Source: an uncultured Erysipelotrichaceae bacterium
GTDB taxonomy: Bacteria; Bacillota_I; Bacilli_A; RF39; UBA660
Length of the DNA: 64,000 nt
Reading direction: 5' to 3'
Assembly (NCBI GenBank): GCA_902767375.1
Contig: CACXGV010000042.1
Coordinates: 1,188 to 65,187, forward strand
The translations under genes were made by a program, and so were the position numbers. Of this stretch, positions 1 to 9,028 are shown one piece after another. Position 1 is the first letter of the stretch; every line of letters begins with the position of its first letter. The notes beneath the pieces were generated by a model. The model saw only the letters and a list, made by a program, of their open reading frames with translations. It searched no databases and was not told the DNA's origin.

Positions 1-1342
1 AACTACTTAAAAATTCATTTGATTCAACTGAGATGGTACCAACTAGTATTGGCTGGCCAGTAGCATGAACTTCTTTAATAAATTTTACGATAGCATTATA
101 TTTACCTTTTTCAGTGGCAAACATTAAATCTGCCATATCTTCTCTAATACATGGTTTGTTAGTAGGAATTTCGATAACATACATATTATAGATTTCTCTA
201 AATTCTTCTTCTTCGGTTTTAGCTGTTCCGGTCATACCAGAAATCTTACCATACATTCTAAATAGATTTTGGAAGGTAATAGTCGCCATTGTTCTGGTCT
301 CTTCGTTTATTTTTACGCCTTCTTTTGCTTCAATGGCTTGATGTAAACCTTCACTAAATTGACGTCCATGCATTAAACGTCCAGTAAATTGATCTACTAT
401 TACTACAGCGCCTTCTTCATCTACTACATAGTCAACATCAATCTTCATACCATAATTAGCTTTTAATGCTTGGTTAATATGGTGTACTAGTGCAGTATTG
501 TTGGCGTCATATAAATTATCTATTTTGAAGTAATTTTGAACTTTTTCGCTTCCTTCTGGGGTTAGCATAACTGTTTTAGTTTTTTCATCTACAATATAAT
601 CATCTTCAGCTTTTAATTTTTTTACAGCACGATCTGCTTCTACATAAAGGTTAGCAGAGTTCATTTTACCACCAGAGATAATTAATGGCGTTCTGGCTTC
701 ATCAATTAACATAGAGTCTATTTCGTCTAAGATACAATAATTAAGACCTCTTTGAGTACGATCTTTTTTATCTTGAACCATATTATCTCTTAAATAATCA
801 AAACCAATTTCATTGTTGGTTGAATAAGTTATATCGCAATTATAAACTTGTTGCTTTTCTTCAGGAGATAGTTCTCTTAAATTAACACCAACTGTAATAC
901 CTAAAAAATCATATACAGGGCCCATCCATTCTGCATTACGTGCAGAAAGATATTCGTTAACAGTTATAACATGAACTCCTTTCCCTGCCAATGCATTTAG
1001 ATAGGCTGGTAAGATAGTTGTTAAAGTTTTTCCTTCTCCTGTTTTCATTTCCGCAATGTTACCATAGTGAATAGCTAGTCCACCAATTAATTGGACACGG
1101 TATGGTTTTTCGCCTATCTTACGATAAGCTGCTTCTCTAACAGTAGCGAAAGCTTCTACTTTAATATCTTCTAATGTTTCGCCATTTGCTAGTCTTTCTT
1201 TAAATTCTTTTGTTTTAGCTTGAAGAGCTTCATCACTCATTTTTGAATACTCTTCATCTAAAGCTTCTATTTCATCGGCAATTTTGCCAAATCTTTTTAA
1301 TTCTTTATATTCTGTGTCTACAAGTTTTCTAAGTAAACCCAT
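1..1342 (-). CDS. secA: Preprotein translocase ATPase SecA, N-terminal part (gene continues beyond window start)
   Basis: Hand translation from the ATG at 1342 (RBS GAGGGTGA upstream) gives [32 protein letters not shown]...[28 protein letters not shown]...[15 protein letters not shown]. This is the canonical SecA motor N-terminus with Walker A MKTGEGKT. It is absent from the ORF track because it is open at the window edge. Confidence 0.9.
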   Translation of the reverse strand, partial: MGLLRKLVDTEYKELKRFGKIADEIEALDEEYSKMSDEALQAKTKEFKERLANGETLEDIKVEAFATVREAAYRKIGEKPYRVQLIGGLAIHYGNIAEMKTGEGKTLTTILPAYLNALAGKGVHVITVNEYLSARNAEWMGPVYDFLGITVGVNLRELSPEEKQQVYNCDITYSTNNEIGFDYLRDNMVQDKKDRTQRGLNYCILDEIDSMLIDEARTPLIISGGKMNSANLYVEADRAVKKLKAEDDYIVDEKTKTVMLTPEGSEKVQNYFKIDNLYDANNTALVHHINQALKANYGMKIDVDYVVDEEGAVVIVDQFTGRLMHGRQFSEGLHQAIEAKEGVKINEETRTMATITFQNLFRMYGKISGMTGTAKTEEEEFREIYNMYVIEIPTNKPCIREDMADLMFATEKGKYNAIVKFIKEVHATGQPILVGTISVESNEFLSS

Positions 1343-1413
1343 CAGAATCACCCTCTCAAGATACTATTATAACAAAAAAATAGGACTTTTACATCCTATT
1401 TTAACTAGTTTAA

Positions 1414-1950
1414 TTATTTTGTATCAATTATACCGTAAGCTCCATCTTTTCTTTTATAAAGAACTGAAATACAATCTTCATCAACGTTTTTAAATACGAA
1501 GAAGTCATGATCTAGAAGTTCCATTTGTAAAATTGCTTCTTCTTCATCCATAGGCTTAATGTCTAGTGATTTTCTCTTAACAATCTTACCTTTATTTTCT
1601 TCTTCTTCAATTGGTTCTTCAAAATTAAAGATAAAATCTGTTTTTGGGTCTTTCTTTAATTTAGCATTTAATCTAGTTTTATTTTTTCTAATTTGTCTTT
1701 CTAATTTATCTACCATTAAGTTAACTGCTGCATATAAATCACTGTGTTTTTCTTCAGCTCTTAATGTAAATCTATTTGTTGGTATTGTGACCTCAATTAT
1801 TTGGTCATTATCTTTTACTCTAATAACAACATGTGCTTTGATGTCAGATGAATTTTCAAAGTATTTTTCTAATTTCCCTAATTTATCCTCAATGTGTGCT
1901 TTAATAGCTTTTGTAACTACAAGTTTGTCTCCTCGAATTAAAATTTCCAT
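1414..1950 (-). CDS. hpf: Ribosome hibernation promoting factor, long form
   Basis: The 178-aa product starts MEILIRGDKLVVTKAIKAHIEDKLGKLEKYF, a sigma-54 modulation/S30EA N-domain. It also has the C-terminal dimerisation domain (PMDEEEAILQMELLDHDFFVFKN). It lies upstream of secA as in Bacillus. Confidence 0.9.
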   Translation of the reverse strand: MEILIRGDKLVVTKAIKAHIEDKLGKLEKYFENSSDIKAHVVIRVKDNDQIIEVTIPTNRFTLRAEEKHSDLYAAVNLMVDKLERQIRKNKTRLNAKLKKDPKTDFIFNFEEPIEEEENKGKIVKRKSLDIKPMDEEEAILQMELLDHDFFVFKNVDEDCISVLYKRKDGAYGIIDTK

Positions 1951-1995
1951 AAAATCATCTCCTGTAATTATTATAACATTTATATGGAAAAAAGA

Positions 1996-2220
1996 CTACA
2001 AAATTGTTGTAATTCCGATTTCGGCAACATCAATTGCTTGTAGTCCTTTAGCTGTTTCAATTAGTTTAAAGTCAACTATATCTCCCTCTTTTAAGGTTTT
2101 ATAACCTTCTTTGTGAATTGCTGAATAATGAACAAAGATATCTTCTAAATTATCACATTCAATAAATCCATAACCTTTGTCATTATTAAACCATTTGACT
2201 TTACCTCTCACACGTAACAC
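1996..2220 (-). CDS. Cold-shock protein (CspA family)
   Basis: GKVKWFNNDKGYGFIE carries the RNP1 motif and VHYSAI the RNP2-like motif. The true start is probably the internal GTG at 2211 (MRGKVKWFN). A long structured 5' leader follows at 2221-2300. Confidence 0.9.
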   Translation of the reverse strand: MLRVRGKVKWFNNDKGYGFIECDNLEDIFVHYSAIHKEGYKTLKEGDIVDFKLIETAKGLQAIDVAEIGITTIL

Positions 2221-2402
2221 CTTCTTTCCTTATATCATAGTTGCATAATACTGCAAGAATCCCGAAAGCACTACAGGGGATTTTTATATGCGACATGATT
2301 ATTATAACAAATTTTAATTTTTGGAAAAGGTTATTTGTTCAAAATATATTCTATTAAGTTTAAATAATTTTTAAGAATATTTTAGACGTGTTTTTTGATG
2401 TT

Positions 2403-3104
2403 TTAGACACATATTTTATACTTTTTGGAGCACATAAAAACTTTTAATTCATTTTTTAAGATAAAGTAACCTTCTTGGAAATTATATAAAACTACTTGAC
2501 TTGGATTAACTAAACATGCTCTGTGTACTTGAATAAAAATATTTTGATATTGAGCTATAATCTCTTTGATTGATAAACAAATTGGATACTTATTATCTTT
2601 AGTTACTACATATATTTTTCTTTCTGTGGTTTCCCTATAGATATATAATATTTCATTCAATTGAAGTTTAATATCACCTTTTTTGTCTAGATTAATAAAT
2701 TGATTTTTGTTGTTATAATTGTTTAAAATGCTAGTTAAGTCATTAAATAATATACATTCTAAGTTGGAATATTTATAGATAAATGAATATACTTTATGGA
2801 TGTTTTTAAAGACGGTTTCAAATAAAATATCTTGACTACTAATGAAGATTATTTCACTTTCGGCATCAACATTTCTGATTAATTTGGCTATATCTATGCC
2901 AGTGTATTTACAATCTAAATGAATATCTATTAGATATATTTTGTAAATATCTTTATTGTTTATAATATTCTTTAAATTTTGATTTATTTTTTGAAATTCA
3001 TATATTTTATATTTATTATTCGATTTAGACATTAGTCTATTAATCGTATTTTTATATATACTGCGATATTTTTCTTCGTTTTCAATTATTATGTAGTTAA
3101 TCAT
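2403..3104 (-). CDS. LytTR-family response regulator (receiver plus LytTR DNA-binding domain), no adjacent histidine kinase
   Basis: The N-terminal receiver-like domain reads IIIENEE...YLIDIHLD...IIFISS. The C-terminal LytTR signature reads LYIYRETTERKIYVVTKDNKY...IQVHRACLVNPSQV. Confidence 0.75.
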   Translation of the reverse strand: MINYIIIENEEKYRSIYKNTINRLMSKSNNKYKIYEFQKINQNLKNIINNKDIYKIYLIDIHLDCKYTGIDIAKLIRNVDAESEIIFISSQDILFETVFKNIHKVYSFIYKYSNLECILFNDLTSILNNYNNKNQFINLDKKGDIKLQLNEILYIYRETTERKIYVVTKDNKYPICLSIKEIIAQYQNIFIQVHRACLVNPSQVVLYNFQEGYFILKNELKVFMCSKKYKICV

Positions 3105-3119
3105 TTTTACACTCCTAGG

Positions 3120-4883
3120 TTATTTTTTAAATTTACTCCTTATGTATAAAAATATTAATAAAAGTAACACGATTTTTATTAATCTCAAAAATAATATTCT
3201 TTTTTTATATTCTTGGTTTAATTTTTTAGCTTCTTTTTCTACATTTTTATTTTCATTGTATGTTTTAAAGATTTCTTTTACTTTGTTTTTCCAGTTATTT
3301 TTTAAAATAACTTTTTGGGGTGATTGATAATTGTTTAATAAATCTATGACTGATTCATCTATTTTATATAAATTAGGGGCTATTTCAGGTTTATTAATAG
3401 GATTTATTTTTTCATAGATATTAACAATGTTAAATAGTTTTTCATCTTGGTTTTTGGGTGCCATAAATTCTAAACCATATGGAAGGTTATCTTTATCAAA
3501 TCCTAATGGCATACTTATGGCCGGATAATTTATGGTTGAAGCAGCATGGGCTGATGTATTTATTATTCCAGCGCTACCAGCTTTTAATAATTTGTTTTTA
3601 GTAGTTGGATATATAATTACATCAAGATTATTATCGGTATAGATTTTTTCAATGTAGTTTGAATACTTTTGCTTATTTTTATTCTTTTCATCTAGCGTTC
3701 TAGTTGTATTACAGTTTGCGGCATAGTTGGATATATCATTTAATTTATTGCTTGATTTAGATAAAGATTCAAATGATCGAATAGATCCAGTTGTATTTTG
3801 AATGTATTTATTGAAACTGTCACAAAATAGATATCCACTATAGGAATTAGAAACTAAATAGTCACTATCTGTGGTGTAATATTCTTTAAGATAAACTATT
3901 TTAGCACCGTTTGATTCTAGTTTTTGAATTGCATTAGTCATTAGTTTTTGAATTTCTTCGTATGTTTCTTTATTTTCTGGCAGTTTATTATTATCACTAC
4001 CTTTATAAAAATTTTCTGGTACTCCAATAGTAATTCCTTTTAAATTAGGCATTGATATTTTATATTTATTATCAATAATAAGATTTAATAATTCTAGTGA
4101 ATCACTTACTGTTTTAGTTAGTAACCCAATGGTATCTCTTTCGGGATCATAAGGAAGAACGCCTTTATTTGAGAGATTACCTGTTGTTGGTCTATAACCT
4201 ACCAATGATGAAGCACTTGCTGGTACTCTTACTGATGAATTAGTATCTGTTCCTAGTGCTAGTGGTGCTAGATTAAGTGCCACTCCTACGGCACTTCCTC
4301 CGCTTGATCCATATGAACTATAATCTTTATTGTAAGCATTTTTTACTGTACCATAAGTACTTCTTGATGAACTTGATAAAAATGCAAATTCACTCATATT
4401 TGTTTTGGCAAGTATAATAACACCTGCATCTTTTAGTTTTTTTATAACTTCAGCATCGGCTTTAGGATAATTGTCTTTTAAGGCTTTAGCTCCTGCAGTA
4501 GTAGGCATATTTAATACATCAATATTATCTTTAACTATGATAGGAATACCATGAAGGGCTGATCTTGTTTTACCTAAAGACCTTTCTTTATCTAAAACTT
4601 CTGCTTCTTGTAAAGCCTTTTCATTTGTGGTTATAATGGCGTTGTAATCTTTATAGTATTCTATACGATCTAAATATAATTTGACTAAATCCGAACTGGT
4701 GACTATTCCTTCATTTAAGTAATATTCCAGTTCAGATAATGAGGTTTTAGTTATATCGATGGGAGCTTTATTCCACGCAAAAACACTTAAGGGTGTTAAT
4801 AGCAAAAGAATTGCTATACTCTTAATAAATCTCTTTAACCTCGCGTTTAAGTTCCCTATCCTTAATTGCTTTTCTCTTATCAT
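3120..4883 (-). CDS. Exported or membrane-anchored amidase-signature (GatA-like) family amidase
   Basis: The amidase signature block is GGSSGGSAVGVA with upstream KDNIDV...TTAG. There is an N-terminal signal or anchor (IKSIAILLLLTPLSVFA) and a C-terminal hydrophobic helix (ILFLRLIKIVLLLLIFLYI). The annotated start overlaps the smpB 3' end, so the start is uncertain. Confidence 0.75.
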   Translation of the reverse strand: MIREKQLRIGNLNARLKRFIKSIAILLLLTPLSVFAWNKAPIDITKTSLSELEYYLNEGIVTSSDLVKLYLDRIEYYKDYNAIITTNEKALQEAEVLDKERSLGKTRSALHGIPIIVKDNIDVLNMPTTAGAKALKDNYPKADAEVIKKLKDAGVIILAKTNMSEFAFLSSSSRSTYGTVKNAYNKDYSSYGSSGGSAVGVALNLAPLALGTDTNSSVRVPASASSLVGYRPTTGNLSNKGVLPYDPERDTIGLLTKTVSDSLELLNLIIDNKYKISMPNLKGITIGVPENFYKGSDNNKLPENKETYEEIQKLMTNAIQKLESNGAKIVYLKEYYTTDSDYLVSNSYSGYLFCDSFNKYIQNTTGSIRSFESLSKSSNKLNDISNYAANCNTTRTLDEKNKNKQKYSNYIEKIYTDNNLDVIIYPTTKNKLLKAGSAGIINTSAHAASTINYPAISMPLGFDKDNLPYGLEFMAPKNQDEKLFNIVNIYEKINPINKPEIAPNLYKIDESVIDLLNNYQSPQKVILKNNWKNKVKEIFKTYNENKNVEKEAKKLNQEYKKRILFLRLIKIVLLLLIFLYIRSKFKK

Positions 4884-5262
4884 AAGTGTGTTTACCTTTA
4901 CATAGACCTAATTTTATTTTTGCTTTATTATTTTTAAAATATAACTCTAGCGGTATAAGGGTGTAGCCTTCTTTTTCAAGACTATTCTTTAAGTGATTTA
5001 TTTCGGTTTTGTGAAGGAGAAGTTTGCGAGTTCTTCTTTCATCATGATTAAAACGATTCCCTTCATCATATTTACTTATATACATATTAAGCAGGAATAC
5101 TTCATTGTTTTTAATTTTGGCATAGGTATCTTTTAAATTGGCACTTCCATTTCGAATTGATTTTATTTCTGTACCCGTAAGTACGATGCCAGCTTCAATT
5201 TCTTTTTCAATGTAATAATCAAAGTATGCTTTGCGATTTTTGATTTCCACGTTTATCACCAT
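4822..5262 (-). CDS. smpB: SsrA-binding protein SmpB
   Basis: NRKAYFDYYIEKEIEAGIVLTGTEIKSIR...LLLHKTEI is the typical SmpB sequence. The start was trimmed to Met15 of the tracked ORF (MVINVEIKNRKA). It sits downstream of rnr as in Bacillus. Confidence 0.9.
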   Translation of the reverse strand: MVINVEIKNRKAYFDYYIEKEIEAGIVLTGTEIKSIRNGSANLKDTYAKIKNNEVFLLNMYISKYDEGNRFNHDERRTRKLLLHKTEINHLKNSLEKEGYTLIPLELYFKNNKAKIKLGLCKGKHTYDKRKAIKDRELKREVKEIY

Positions 5263-7345
5263 CCAGTAAGACAAAGTCAATTGTTTTAGAGGCTTTGCTT
5301 GCACCTATACATTTTACCTTAACTTTGCTTCCAAGTCGATATCTTTTCTTAGTTCTTTGGCCAATTATTGAGAATAATTCTGGTACATAACTATAATAAT
5401 CATCTTCTAATGTATTAATGTGAACTAAACCCTCCACCATATTATCCAAGGCTACAAACATTCCATAGTTGGTTAAAGTTGTAATGGTTCCAGTATATGT
5501 CTCGCCAATATGATTCTCCATGTATTCAGCCATTTTCATATCGTCTACTTCTCTTTCGGCATCAACAGCTGCTTGTTCACGATTAGAACAATTAAGGGCA
5601 ATATAATCTAGGTTCTGATTCCAATAATCAATTGTTGCATTGTCAATATGGTTTTCAAATAAATATGTTCTTAAAAGACGATGAACCATTAAATCCGGGT
5701 AACGTCTAATTGGACTAGTAAAGTGAGTATAGCAAGAACTGCCTAAACCAAAGTGCCCAATGTTATCTTTTGAATATACAGCCTTTGCCATGCTTCTAAG
5801 TAATATTTCAGATAAAATACCACTTTCTGGTTTGTCTTTAATTTGAGATATTAGTTTTTGCATGGTAGTTGGCTTAATTGTTTTAAAATTTCCAGTTAAT
5901 CTATATCCTAATAGGCTCACTAGATGAATAAAACTTTCAATTTTTTCAGCTTTTGGTTCATCGTGTACACGATAAATAAATGGAAGTGACATATTAAAAA
6001 TATGGGATGCTACTGTTTCATTAGCTGCTATCATAAAATCTTCAATTAAATTTTCTCCATCTTCACGTGGATATTTCTTAATATCAATACATTTTCCTTC
6101 TTCATTACAAATAAGTTTTGGTTCAGGAATATTAAAATCAATATAACCTTTATTTTCTTTATGTTTACGTAGTATTTTGGCTAAAGTGTTCATATCTTTT
6201 AATTTATCTACAAAAGGCGCATAATCTTCAGCTACAATGTTTCTCATTAAAATATCATTTACCTTATTATAGGTCATTTTCTTAGCAGATTTAATATATG
6301 ATGGAAATATATCATAATTAATAACATTCCCTTTTAAATCTATTTCCATAACACAGGATAATGTTAGTCTTATAACATTAGGGTTTAATGAACATATACC
6401 ATTAGATAATTTATGAGGAAGCATAGGTATTACAGAATAAGCTAAATAACTAGATGTTCCCCTTCTAAAAGCATCTTGGTCTAAAGGGCTATCTTTAGTT
6501 ACGTAATGAGATACGTCAGCTATATGAACTCCTAGGGTATATGAATTTTTATTTTTCTTAATTGAAATAGCATCGTCAATATCTTTGGTATCATCACCAT
6601 CTATTGTAAATATTATTTCATTTGTAAGATCTTTTCTTCCCTTTAATTCTTCTTCACTTACCTCAGTTGGTATACTATCGGTTTGATCATTGGATTCTTT
6701 ACTAAATTCTTCGTATATTTCATATTTATAGGCAATAGTTTTAATATCAACCCCGGGATCATCTTTGTGCCCAATGATAGTTACAACTCTACCTATGTAA
6801 TTATTACGAGTTTTTTCTTTGACTAAATTAACTACAACTTTAGTTCCATCAACACAGTTGATTGTGGTGTTTGGGTCTAGTTCAACGTTAATTTTTTTCT
6901 TAGTATCATCTAGTTTTAAAGTTGGTATCTTATTTTTAAAGATTACTTCACCAATAATATTTTTAGTATCACGATTTATTATTCTTAATACACGGCCTTC
7001 TTTTTTTCCTTTGTAATCAAATATTTCAACAAGGACAGTATCTCCATCAACAGCATTGTTTAAGTTAGTGCTATTAATGTATAAATCTTCTGGTTCTAGA
7101 AGTACGTAGCCATTACCGGCTTTATTTATAGAAATCTTTCCAGCTTTTAGATCTTTACAATTTTCATATAAAATATATTTATCTTTTTTAGTTTTATATA
7201 TTTTAGCCTCATTTACTAGTTCTTCTAATGTTAATTCAAGTTCTTTTAATTCTTCTGGTGTTTCTAGTTCTAGTAAGTCATTAATAGTAATTAAGTCTAA
7301 CGCTTCGTATTTATTCTTTAATATATCTAATATGTCCTGTTTCAT
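5219..7345 (-). CDS. rnr: Ribonuclease R
   Basis: The 708-aa product has the RNB catalytic motifs (TIDGDDTKDIDDAIS, HFGLGSSCYTHFTSPIRRYPDLMVHR) and a C-terminal S1 domain (YTGTITTLTNYGMFVAL). Confidence 0.92.
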   Translation of the reverse strand: MKQDILDILKNKYEALDLITINDLLELETPEELKELELTLEELVNEAKIYKTKKDKYILYENCKDLKAGKISINKAGNGYVLLEPEDLYINSTNLNNAVDGDTVLVEIFDYKGKKEGRVLRIINRDTKNIIGEVIFKNKIPTLKLDDTKKKINVELDPNTTINCVDGTKVVVNLVKEKTRNNYIGRVVTIIGHKDDPGVDIKTIAYKYEIYEEFSKESNDQTDSIPTEVSEEELKGRKDLTNEIIFTIDGDDTKDIDDAISIKKNKNSYTLGVHIADVSHYVTKDSPLDQDAFRRGTSSYLAYSVIPMLPHKLSNGICSLNPNVIRLTLSCVMEIDLKGNVINYDIFPSYIKSAKKMTYNKVNDILMRNIVAEDYAPFVDKLKDMNTLAKILRKHKENKGYIDFNIPEPKLICNEEGKCIDIKKYPREDGENLIEDFMIAANETVASHIFNMSLPFIYRVHDEPKAEKIESFIHLVSLLGYRLTGNFKTIKPTTMQKLISQIKDKPESGILSEILLRSMAKAVYSKDNIGHFGLGSSCYTHFTSPIRRYPDLMVHRLLRTYLFENHIDNATIDYWNQNLDYIALNCSNREQAAVDAEREVDDMKMAEYMENHIGETYTGTITTLTNYGMFVALDNMVEGLVHINTLEDDYYSYVPELFSIIGQRTKKRYRLGSKVKVKCIGASKASKTIDFVLLDGDKRGNQKSQSIL

Positions 7346-7388
7346 ATAGGCCTCCTATTATATTATAACATAAGATTAATCTTAATCA

Positions 7389-7413
7389 TTAAAAAATGCC
7401 TTATTAGGCATTT
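7389..7413 (-). terminator. Rho-independent terminator after the HExxH ORF
   Basis: On the minus strand, the hairpin AAATGCCTAATAAGGCATTT is followed by a T-run. Confidence 0.7.
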
Positions 7414-7415
7414 AT

Positions 7416-8681
7416 TTAACTTATTTGTTTTGATGAATCCCCACTGCTATAAGAATCTGCTGATTTACTTACTCCATCTTGTAGCGCTTTTGTTTGTTCT
7501 GCTGACATTGATAGCATTTCTGGAGTTAATTCCATAGTGGTTTCTTTTATTATTTTTAAAGCTTCTTCCGGTGAAACTCTTGCTGCTAAGCGCATACAAT
7601 TTCTAGCATAGCTATCTTGATGATGAGGCATATAACTTGAAATTTCACTTATTATTTTATCAAATTTTGTTTCATGATTTTTTGCTTCTTGATAATCCTT
7701 GATAAAGTCTTCTTCACTTTTTGATGTTAATTCGATAAACTGATCAATTGAACCATTTAAGACTAATTTATGTTTGGTTTCATCATCTGGCATGGCTTTT
7801 AATTTTTCTCTTGTAAAGATTACTTCACTTGGATAATTAGATTGGTAATTGTCAAATAAGCTTCTTTTTTTCATATAATCTAAAGCATACATATCAACCA
7901 GTCCTTCACTAATAAATGAGTTCATTCTTGGTTCTTCTGGATATTTTGTAGTATATTCTGGCGATATAACATAATGGAATAATTCGTGGATAAGAACACC
8001 TTCCATATCTGCTAAACTATCTTGCTTAAATTTATTTAAGTAAAAGTGAATCTTTTTGTCGCCATATACTTTTCCACCATGGGCTGATGGATAGTCTTTA
8101 GGATCTTCTTCTTCTCCAGTTGCTTTTTTAAATGCCGCGTATGTGTCATGGTTTTTTTCAACAACAACCATATCAGTTTTTATTAAAGATTCTAATTCAG
8201 TTCTTTTTTCTTCAGATAAATATTTTCCATATTCTGTTAATACTTCTTTTAAGTGAAATTTAGCTGAAGCATTTAAGTACTCACTTTCGCTAGAGGTATT
8301 AATTTTCTCTGTTCTTTTAGAACTATAGTGATTTACAGCATCAATAGGATATTCTTCAAATAATTTTCTTTCTTCTTCTGATTTAAATGGAATATCCTCA
8401 TATGATAAACTACATATACTTATTTGGCTAATATCTTTTAATAGCGCTTCGCTTGTTTTTGAATCATTAATAGTTACAACATCATCTATTGTTTTAGCTG
8501 ATGATATTAATAGTTGAATATTATCGGGAACTATTTCAAGACCTCTTATATCTAAGACTACTGTGTGGGGATTTAAACCTTGGATGTTTTCAGCATAAGT
8601 GGTAACTAGTCCTAAATTATCCCTATCTAATTTTATATATAAAGTGTTTAATGTACTATCAAAAATAATATTGTTTGGCAT
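7416..8681 (-). CDS. Hypothetical cytoplasmic protein with an HExxH zinc-metallopeptidase-like motif
   Basis: The 421-aa product has no signal peptide or TM segment. It has a single LIHELFHYV (HExxH) motif with a downstream SEGLVD that could supply a third ligand. I recognise no family. It occupies the secG-rnr slot. Confidence 0.4.
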   Translation of the reverse strand: MPNNIIFDSTLNTLYIKLDRDNLGLVTTYAENIQGLNPHTVVLDIRGLEIVPDNIQLLISSAKTIDDVVTINDSKTSEALLKDISQISICSLSYEDIPFKSEEERKLFEEYPIDAVNHYSSKRTEKINTSSESEYLNASAKFHLKEVLTEYGKYLSEEKRTELESLIKTDMVVVEKNHDTYAAFKKATGEEEDPKDYPSAHGGKVYGDKKIHFYLNKFKQDSLADMEGVLIHELFHYVISPEYTTKYPEEPRMNSFISEGLVDMYALDYMKKRSLFDNYQSNYPSEVIFTREKLKAMPDDETKHKLVLNGSIDQFIELTSKSEEDFIKDYQEAKNHETKFDKIISEISSYMPHHQDSYARNCMRLAARVSPEEALKIIKETTMELTPEMLSMSAEQTKALQDGVSKSADSYSSGDSSKQIS

Positions 8682-8711
8682 TTTACCCTCCTATTATCAA
8701 TATAACATATT

Positions 8712-8744
8712 TTTTAAAAAAATAAAAATGCCCTAAGGCATTTT
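8712..8744 (-). terminator. Rho-independent terminator after secG
   Basis: On the minus strand, the hairpin AAAATGCC-TTAG-GGCATTTT is followed by a T-rich tail. It overlaps the secG stop codon. Confidence 0.65.
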
Positions 8745-8961
8745 AAGCTTGAATATAAATTATAAATGATAGTATAAAGAAAGCAAATCCTAATATTAAT
8801 GTAATTCTACTAATTAGTAATTCTGAACCTCTTTCTTTAGTGTTAGAAAATAATTCAGTGTTTCCTCCAGAAATAATTTGGCTTGAGTCAGAAGCTTTAT
8901 TACTTTGAAGTAATACTAATGCTATAAGTAATACTGAAATAATTAATAATACTGTTTCCAT
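8743..8961 (-). CDS. secG: Preprotein translocase subunit SecG
   Basis: The 72-aa product has two TM segments. LLIALVLLQSNKASD...GG fits the SecG pattern. It lies downstream of eno as in Bacillus. Confidence 0.85.
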   Translation of the reverse strand: METVLLIISVLLIALVLLQSNKASDSSQIISGGNTELFSNTKERGSELLISRITLILGFAFFILSFIIYIQA

Positions 8962-9028
8962 TTAAGAATGCTCCTTTCAACATTTAACAAGTTATAATTT
9001 AACATAAAGTTTATAAAATAGCAAGTAA

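Noticed and set aside
1284-1493. A 69-aa plus-strand ORF bridges the secA start and the hpf stop.
   Set aside because: It overlaps the 5' end of secA and the 3' end of hpf on the opposite strand. It has no RBS and its composition is not protein-like.
1559-2104. A long antisense ORF lies opposite hpf and csp. There are similar shadow ORFs at 3142-3327, 6819-7016, 13087-13392, 14956-15153, 27277-27510, 32410-33129, 34360-34587, 35907-36089, 36770-36964, 37381-37905, 38401-38610, 40425-40916, 42021-42534, 42841-43982, 51907-52206, 54215-54415, 56520-56708, 61432-61632 and 62920-63132.
   Set aside because: All lie antisense to confidently identified conserved genes. Their products are low-complexity and rich in Leu, Ser, Phe and Ile, as is typical of reverse frames in AT-rich coding DNA. 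They lack RBSs.
4822-5304. The 62-nt amidase/smpB overlap and the 86-nt smpB/rnr overlap in the ORF track could represent overlapping genes or recoding.
   Set aside because: The overlaps shrink or disappear with downstream starts that fit family N-termini (smpB Met15 at 5262). They are most likely longest-ORF artefacts. The amidase start remains uncertain.
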